This document shows, piece after piece, positions 58,628 to 64,000 of a stretch of 64,000 bases of DNA. Under the pieces are notes generated by a model. That model had not been told where the DNA came from. It made no database searches and saw nothing but the letters and a program-made list of their open reading frames with translations. Source of the DNA: Candidatus Terrybacteria bacterium RIFCSPHIGHO2_01_FULL_43_35 (GTDB lineage Bacteria; Patescibacteriota; Minisyncoccia; Terrybacterales; GWB1-40-14). The position numbers were made by a program, and so were the translations under genes. The stretch covers positions 49,602 through 113,601 of the forward strand of contig MHSR01000008.1 in NCBI GenBank assembly GCA_001822815.1. The letters are read 5' to 3'. How positions within the stretch are numbered: the first letter of the stretch is position 1; each line of letters begins with the position of its first letter.

Positions 58628-58656
58628 TTGACTTTTAGTAAATTTTGTAGTATAAT
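58628..58656 (+). promoter_or_regulatory. Near-consensus sigma70 promoter
   Basis: ttgact-17 nt-tataat. Confidence 0.75.
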
Positions 58657-58680
58657 GATATTATAGAATATTGAAAAAAT

Positions 58681-58795
58681 TCACGTCCCTCCGGCCGCGT
58701 TTCTTGATGTTTAAAGCAACGCAGCTGGAGGGAAGTGACCACGAAAGCTGGTCAGGTTGCGTAAAGGTCGGCGCAACACCAAGCCTCCCTTCAAG
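58681..58795 (+). ncRNA. Structured 5' leader, candidate riboswitch-like RNA
   Basis: Three GC-rich hairpins and an alternative pairing for ggagggaag. Confidence 0.45.
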
Positions 58796-58805
58796 ATTCA
58801 CTCAT

Positions 58806-58970
58806 ATGCGAATCTTCGGAGCAATAGGGCTGGGCCTGACTATCGTGGTCCTGGAGACTCTCGTGCCGAAGATCTTTGCGGCACTTGAAGAGACCCTCCT
58901 TAAGTTCTTTGTGCTTGCCCAAATGGTCATAGACAATGTCCAGGCAAGTTTAATGCGCGGTGGCCTTTAG
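58806..58970 (+). CDS. Small membrane protein (54 aa)
   Basis: MRIFGAIGLGLTIVVLETLVP..., followed by terminator ggtcgctt-aacc-aagcggcc-tttt. Confidence 0.65.
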   Translation: MRIFGAIGLGLTIVVLETLVPKIFAALEETLLKFFVLAQMVIDNVQASLMRGGL

Positions 58971-59055
58971 GTCACCAGCCCCAAGAAGTAGGTCGCTTAA
59001 CCAAGCGGCCTTTTCTAGTTTTTGCATTTTAAATTCTATTCTTTATAATGAATAT

Positions 59056-59319
59056 ATGTTTCATTTAGTACGTAAACATAAACATAATATATTTCCTCTC
59101 GTGGTTATGGTTTTGCTGGTTCTGTTTTTCTGGATATTGGCCATGTATTGGGCGCTGCACGCCAAAAACTTTTCAGAGACTACGCCGGAAATTGCTTGTG
59201 TTCAAGATTCCGACTGCTTATGCAGGACTTTTTCAGACGGTAAAATATTACCCGGGCAAGGGTTTTCTCCAGGATGCGATTTTCAAATTAACCGCTGTTT
59301 CCCTTGCGAATATTATTAA
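59056..59319 (+). CDS. Small membrane-anchored Cys-rich protein
   Basis: TM helix, then CVQDSDCLC...C...CFPC; ATG lies 6 nt after tataat. Confidence 0.65.
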   Translation: MFHLVRKHKHNIFPLVVMVLLVLFFWILAMYWALHAKNFSETTPEIACVQDSDCLCRTFSDGKILPGQGFSPGCDFQINRCFPCEYY

Positions 59320-59327
59320 ATTAATTT

Positions 59328-60557
59328 ATGAAAAAAACAAATATTTTTATCGCAAGCATATTTATTTTATCAGCCGGATTTATGCCTTCAACTGCTGTTT
59401 TGGCAGTAGCTAATTGTGACGACCAGGCTAAACCGGCTTTAGCTTGCCCCGAGGGCTACACTATGAGTTGTGTGCCCGTTGGTGGTGATCATTGGGCCTG
59501 CGCCAAATTGATAAACGGCCAATTCGTTATGACGTCAGATAACAGCCATATGCAGGATGTGGGGGTCGTCAGCCACATGACCGTATCTGATCTGGGCATC
59601 CCAAATGTCGGCATGCTGCCAAACAATCCGCTATATTTTTTGAAAGAATGGGGCAGAAAACTCAACCGCTTTTTTATTTTCGATAAAGTAAAAAAGACTG
59701 AATTTGAACTTAAGGTTGCCAACGAAAAAGCCGCAGAACTTTTAGAATTGCACGCAGATAATCCTAACAACTCTGAGGCTATATTCAAAGCCGAACAAAA
59801 TTACCAGCAAGCTATGGATCGTCTGAAAGATAACCTGGAACGGCTTAAAGATAATTCGCAGAACCCCAATGTACAAACACTTATTGATAGATTGGATGAG
59901 CGTATTTCTAAACACCAGGACCTTTTCACAAAATTAGAGGAACGGCATTTTGGCGATACGCAGTTTGAGACTATGGTGATGGGTGCGCGCGATAAGATGG
60001 AGAAAGTTTTATCTTTTGTTGCCGAAAAGAATATCAATATCCAGCAAAAAGCCCAGGAAGCGATTAAGAGTGCTGAGGTAGTCATCACCGAACTTCAAAT
60101 CGCGTTGCCCGTTGGATCAACAAACCGTATCGCTTGCAATGAGAATATAGCTCCGGTCTGCGAAGAACCCAAAATATTAGAATGTCTCAATGGTGAATGG
60201 GTTTGTGTGGGGCCGGCAAGTCCGGGCGGAATAATTGATATGATGTCAAACGTTGCGGGAAGAGAGATAGTAGCCAACAATTTTCTGGAACAGGCACAAA
60301 ACAGACTTGTCCGAGCAAAGGAGAATTATGATGCGCAAAAATACGGTGAAGCATTTGGCCAGGCGCGTTCTGCAGAAGCGTTGGCCCGCGCTGCTTTGCA
60401 TATGTTAGAACAAATGTCCGGTATGCCTTCACCACCGTCTCTGCCGTCATCAGCAACACCGCCGCAGGCTTGCACTCAGGAAGCAATGGTTTGTCCGGAT
60501 GGTTCATATGTTGGCCGCACCGGGCCCAACTGCGAATTCGAGCCTTGCCCCAAGTAA
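59328..60557 (+). CDS. Secreted helical (DUF5667-like) protein with Cys-rich modules
   Basis: Signal peptide, GMLPNNPLYFLKEWG, C-terminal CTQEAMVCPDGSYVGRTGPNCEFEPCP. Confidence 0.7.
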   Translation: MKKTNIFIASIFILSAGFMPSTAVLAVANCDDQAKPALACPEGYTMSCVPVGGDHWACAKLINGQFVMTSDNSHMQDVGVVSHMTVSDLGIPNVGMLPNNPLYFLKEWGRKLNRFFIFDKVKKTEFELKVANEKAAELLELHADNPNNSEAIFKAEQNYQQAMDRLKDNLERLKDNSQNPNVQTLIDRLDERISKHQDLFTKLEERHFGDTQFETMVMGARDKMEKVLSFVAEKNINIQQKAQEAIKSAEVVITELQIALPVGSTNRIACNENIAPVCEEPKILECLNGEWVCVGPASPGGIIDMMSNVAGREIVANNFLEQAQNRLVRAKENYDAQKYGEAFGQARSAEALARAALHMLEQMSGMPSPPSLPSSATPPQACTQEAMVCPDGSYVGRTGPNCEFEPCPK

Positions 60558-60678
60558 AATTGACAAGTATATCTTTGCCTGTTATAGTGTCCAGGCAAAG
60601 AGTTGAGTTTTAGAAATATCGTCGAGTTTCATAAATCTACTTGTATTTGCAACTTAATCTTTAAAAGTTTTAAGAACC

Positions 60679-60876
60679 ATGAAAGGTGCAATCAAAAAAC
60701 TTACCGACAAAGGTTACGGCTTTATCACCGTAGAAGGCCAGGAAAAAGACCTCTTTTTCCATAGCAATTCTTTGGTGGATGCCCAATATAGCGATCTTCA
60801 CGAGGGCGACGCAGTCACGTTTGACGTGGAAGAGTCCCCAAAGGGACCGAATGCAGTTAACGTAAAACGCGGTTAA
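60679..60876 (+). CDS. Cold-shock protein
   Basis: KGYGFI (RNP1), LFFH (RNP2), KGPNAVNV; ttgaca-17 nt-tatagt promoter and terminator. Confidence 0.95.
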   Translation: MKGAIKKLTDKGYGFITVEGQEKDLFFHSNSLVDAQYSDLHEGDAVTFDVEESPKGPNAVNVKRG

Positions 60877-60889
60877 TCTTTTGTCTTTT

Positions 60890-60917
60890 AAAAGCCTCCC
60901 CGAAAGGGGAGGCTTTT
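60890..60917 (+). terminator. Intrinsic terminator
   Basis: aaaagcctcccc-gaaa-ggggaggctttt. Confidence 0.85.
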
Positions 60918-60951
60918 ATTTTATAGCAAAAATTGTAGTATAATTAAGGCT

Positions 60952-61338
60952 ATGGCAACTATAAATATTAAAACCAGGAAACAAAAACAGGTTATCGATA
61001 TTACAGATTTGGTTTATAAGGAGATTGCAAAGCAAAGTAACGGCGTATGTATTCTGTTTTTGACTCATACTACCGCAGCATTAACCACAGCCGATTTGGA
61101 TCCCGGTTCTGATTTGGATATGCTAGACGCTTTCCAGGTTATGGTGCCGGTAATGAAGTATCGTCATCCGCATAATCCCGATCATATGCCCGACCACATT
61201 TTATCTTCGCTTATCGGTTCATCGCTTTCAATTCCGGTGCGCGACGGGAAACTTGTTTTGGGTCAATGGCAAAAGATTGTCTTGATTGAGCTTGATGGGC
61301 CGCGTGATAGGCAGATCATCCTATCTTTTTTGAGTTGA
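60952..61338 (+). CDS. YjbQ/UPF0047 family protein
   Basis: IDIT, HTTAAL, YRH, LVLGQWQ..VLIELDGPR. Confidence 0.9.
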   Translation: MATINIKTRKQKQVIDITDLVYKEIAKQSNGVCILFLTHTTAALTTADLDPGSDLDMLDAFQVMVPVMKYRHPHNPDHMPDHILSSLIGSSLSIPVRDGKLVLGQWQKIVLIELDGPRDRQIILSFLS

Positions 61339-61426
61339 ACCAGTAGTAGGAAGCATAAAAGATTGACAAAATTATTGTATTATGGCATTATGTGAATAAG
61401 CAAACTTTGAAAACAAGGAGCTATAG

Positions 61427-62149
61427 ATGGGCGAAGATGCTCTAAAACAAAAAGTCTTTGAGGCACTTGCTTTTGATCCGCTGGCTACGGCCGAGCATAT
61501 TACCGGTCAGCATTATACTGAAGATCGTGAAACCTCTGGTCTTGGTTTGCGGTTATCAATGCGTAATAATTTTGTTAAAAATGTCATTCTTGGTGAACTT
61601 GGCGATACTCACTATAGGATTTCTTGGAAGAAATTTTTGGAAATTATTGATGATTTGGGTTTTGATATCGTGGAGGACCGGCAGTTTGAATATGTTTTGG
61701 GTCTGGGGACTATAATTTTGTATCCCACGAATTTAATAGCCGCTCATCCAAATCTTAATCTTTTACTTCACGCCACATCGTATCTTACTGAAGGAGCAGA
61801 CGAAGACCAGGAAACTTTAAATAGCGGCAATATTTATGGAACTCTTCGCATAACCGAGCCGGATAGAGAGAAGGTTTGGGAAGCGCTGGGCGCATGTCAT
61901 TGCTCGTTTGCTTTTCATGGCGACGACATAGAGCTTAACATTGATGTTCGCGAGGGCTTAAAGCTTAAGCTTGAGCGTTTGGCGACGCAAGGCCGGTTTG
62001 TTCCTTGGGGCGATACCGAGCGGTCAATGACTGTATGGCTTGCTGATTATGTTGAACATAAACACCCCGAATATTCTTCATCTCTGCGCTGGGAAAGGTT
62101 TTTGGCCGAATCTCCCCCATGGGTACGTGATTTTATAACCAAGCCATAA
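61427..62149 (+). CDS. Hypothetical protein
   Basis: ttgaca-17 nt-cattat promoter, AAGGAG SD, terminator 62148-62169. Confidence 0.75.
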   Translation: MGEDALKQKVFEALAFDPLATAEHITGQHYTEDRETSGLGLRLSMRNNFVKNVILGELGDTHYRISWKKFLEIIDDLGFDIVEDRQFEYVLGLGTIILYPTNLIAAHPNLNLLLHATSYLTEGADEDQETLNSGNIYGTLRITEPDREKVWEALGACHCSFAFHGDDIELNIDVREGLKLKLERLATQGRFVPWGDTERSMTVWLADYVEHKHPEYSSSLRWERFLAESPPWVRDFITKP

Positions 62150-62173
62150 TCCCGCAAAAACGGGATTTTGTTT

Positions 62174-62395
62174 TTATTGCATCTGAATGGCTTGCGAGAA
62201 TTCTATCCAAGGGTTGTTTGCGGCGGTAGTTGTTTCGTCTTCAGGTAAGTCGGTAGCATTATCATCACCAAAACTGTGCGTGGCAGTTCTATTTGTTGTT
62301 GAGGTATTGAAGGAGCGTGTTCCGTATTCTATAACTATTCGGTCGCCGGCTTGAGCAGTTACTGAAGTGACGGCTGTAGAAGCAGGGGATTGTCT
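62174..62395 (-). pseudogene. 5'-truncated remnant of an unknown Thr-rich protein
   Basis: Start-less frame ...AQAGDRIVIEYG...DLPEDETTTAANNPWIEFSQAIQMQ*. Confidence 0.5.
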
Positions 62396-62409
62396 AGCGC
62401 AAGCCCCTA

Positions 62410-62568
62410 GTTTTCTTGGATGGCGGCATGGATGTTAAGGTGGGTGAAAAGGTGTTTACTTGCGGTCCGTGTGATAGAATTCTGATACTTGGTAATATCG
62501 AACATTCAGCAAAAGTCGGCCGGTCTGGTTGCAATTTTTTCCGGCAGAGAAAATATAATTATTTTTAA
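62410..62568 (+). pseudogene. 5'-truncated cupin-like remnant
   Basis: VFLDGGMDVKVGEKVFTCGPCDRILILGNIEHSAKVG resembles cupin motif 2. Confidence 0.45.
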
Positions 62569-62571
62569 AAT

Positions 62572-62901
62572 ATGACATTTGAAGAATATCAGAAGATCTC
62601 GCGCGAAACCGCGGAATATCCGGATAAGGATAATAATTATATTTATCCTGTTTTGGGTCTGACGGGGGAGGCCGGTGAGGTGGCCGAAAAGGTAAAGAAA
62701 GTTATACGTAATGACGGCGGTAAGATGAGTGAAGATAAAAAGATAGAAATAGCCAAGGAGCTTGGAGACGTTCTTTGGTATTTAGCCCAGATCGCCACAG
62801 AATTGGGATTGAAACTTGAAGACGTGGCAAGAATGAATATTGATAAATTGAAATCGCGTAAGGAAAGAGGAACTATTGCGAGTAGCGGTGATAACAGATA
62901 A
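62572..62901 (+). CDS. MazG-like NTP pyrophosphohydrolase
   Basis: LGLTGEAGEVAEKVKK, KELGDVLWY, NIDKL..R. Confidence 0.9.
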   Translation: MTFEEYQKISRETAEYPDKDNNYIYPVLGLTGEAGEVAEKVKKVIRNDGGKMSEDKKIEIAKELGDVLWYLAQIATELGLKLEDVARMNIDKLKSRKERGTIASSGDNR

Positions 62902-62934
62902 AATGACCACCGTTGATTAATGGAAATAAGTATT

Positions 62935-63426
62935 ATGAAGACAAGCAAAAATCTTATTATTGTTGGTGGCGTAGCTGCAGTTGTTGTAGTTATAATTGTC
63001 GTTTATTTGTTGATAGGAAGTTATTCTCCTGCAGGTACTAATTATACTGCGCCGGAGGAAAGCTCATCGCAAAATGTTGCGTCTTCGCCGACGCCAATTC
63101 CACCACCCGAATCTGCTCCAACGCCATCACCCGAGCCGCCGCCAGTTACATTGCCTCCACCGGCGCATTCTTCCGAAACCTTCAATGTGGCCATTTCCAA
63201 TTTTGCTTACGCGCCATCGGAAATACATATTAAAGTTGGAGATAAGATAATTTGGACAAATGAAGATTCTGTCGGACATACGGTAACAAGTGATAGCGGC
63301 AGCGAATTAGACAGCGCTCTTTTTGGCAAAAACGAAACTTATGAGCACGTATTTAATACATCCGGAAATTTCACATATCACTGTACGCCACATAAGTTTA
63401 TGACCGGTAAGGTTATAGTTGAGTAA
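62935..63426 (+). CDS. Membrane-anchored cupredoxin (plastocyanin/amicyanin-like)
   Basis: TM helix, Pro-rich linker, WTNEDSVGHTV, YHCTPHKFMTG. Confidence 0.9.
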   Translation: MKTSKNLIIVGGVAAVVVVIIVVYLLIGSYSPAGTNYTAPEESSSQNVASSPTPIPPPESAPTPSPEPPPVTLPPPAHSSETFNVAISNFAYAPSEIHIKVGDKIIWTNEDSVGHTVTSDSGSELDSALFGKNETYEHVFNTSGNFTYHCTPHKFMTGKVIVE

Positions 63427-63478
63427 GTTTTTATACGACAAACGGCCCGCCAAATTTATGGCGGGTCTTTAAATTAAT

Positions 63479-64000
63479 ATGAAAAAGAGGATTTTTATTG
63501 CCATTCCGATATCGGCATCTTTGCAGGAAAGGATCTTAAAATGGGAAAAAGGCTTTAAATTTTTGCCCGTAAGATGGCTATCCGGAAAGAATTTGCACCT
63601 AACAATAGTTCCGCCTTGGTATGAGGATGATATTGAAGGTAGTCGTGATAAATTGCGAGATCTTGCTGGAAAATTTAGACAGATGGACTTGAATTTTACC
63701 CAAGTGGAATTTGGACCAACCATGCGCCAGCCGCGTTTGATTTGGGTGCGCGGTGAAGTCAACAAAGAACTTATTGCACTGAAAGAAGCAGTAGATAGGG
63801 CATTTAAGAAAAACTCCCCAAAAAGGCAGTTTATACCGCATTTTACTTTGGCGCGTTTTAGATCAGAAGACTTTGTCGATTTTAAAATTAAAGAATTGGA
63901 CGAAACAGTATTTTGGATAAATAAGGCGTCATCCATCGTAATCATGCAAGCGCATTTGTCGCCAAAAGGCGCAGATTATGAAATAATTGAAGCGATAAAC
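63479..64000 (+). CDS. thpR: RNA 2',3'-cyclic phosphodiesterase (2H family), running off the window; absent from the ORF track
   Basis: MKKRIFIAI, NLHLT, PRLIW, FIPHFTLAR (two HxT motifs). Confidence 0.85.
   Translation, partial: MKKRIFIAIPISASLQERILKWEKGFKFLPVRWLSGKNLHLTIVPPWYEDDIEGSRDKLRDLAGKFRQMDLNFTQVEFGPTMRQPRLIWVRGEVNKELIALKEAVDRAFKKNSPKRQFIPHFTLARFRSEDFVDFKIKELDETVFWINKASSIVIMQAHLSPKGADYEIIEAIN

Noticed and set aside
58671-58805. First half of the 99-aa ORF
   Set aside because: It runs through the structured leader; the ATG at 58806 gives a more plausible protein.
61339-61356. accagtagtaggaag resembling a family B terminus
   Set aside because: Gapped partial match with no partner inverted repeat or flanking duplication.
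63469-63945. 158-aa minus-strand ORF
   Set aside because: Antisense shadow of the plus-strand 2H phosphodiesterase.

Overview
A 64-kb, gene-dense chromosomal segment of roughly 40-45% GC by eye, using the standard bacterial code (TGA is a stop). Gene content and style point to a Patescibacteria/CPR (Parcubacteria-like) genome; this is inference. The window holds the alpha ribosomal operon (infA-rpmJ-rpsM-rpsK-rpsD-rpoA-rplQ-rplM-rpsI), tRNA synthetases and modifiers (alaS, proS, lysS, serS, mnmA, tgt), wall and shape genes (murA, two mreB, mreC, mreD-like, PBP2, alr, ftsQ-like), GT4 and GT-C glycosyltransferases, a glycogen cluster, repair genes, one tRNA-Gln and scattered orphan genes. The most notable signals are non-coding. 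(1) Five ~130-160 bp miniature inverted-repeat elements of two related families each duplicate a 4-bp target that is a functional signal: a start codon, an ATGA stop/start overlap or a -35 box. (2) An intact tRNA-Gln is nested, inside its own inverted repeats, within a second hairpin-interrupted tRNA-Gln-like sequence. (3) A boxA-like motif sits ~10 nt after the -10 box of most orphan transcription units. (4) A switchable structured leader lies at 58.7 kb. Protein oddities include an NDT-like/adenylate kinase fusion, RpoA without its CTD, an in-frame palindromic insert in dnaX, and an Asp-type MurA. No CRISPR array, rRNA gene or intact transposase was seen. All calls come from reading the sequence; no database search was run.
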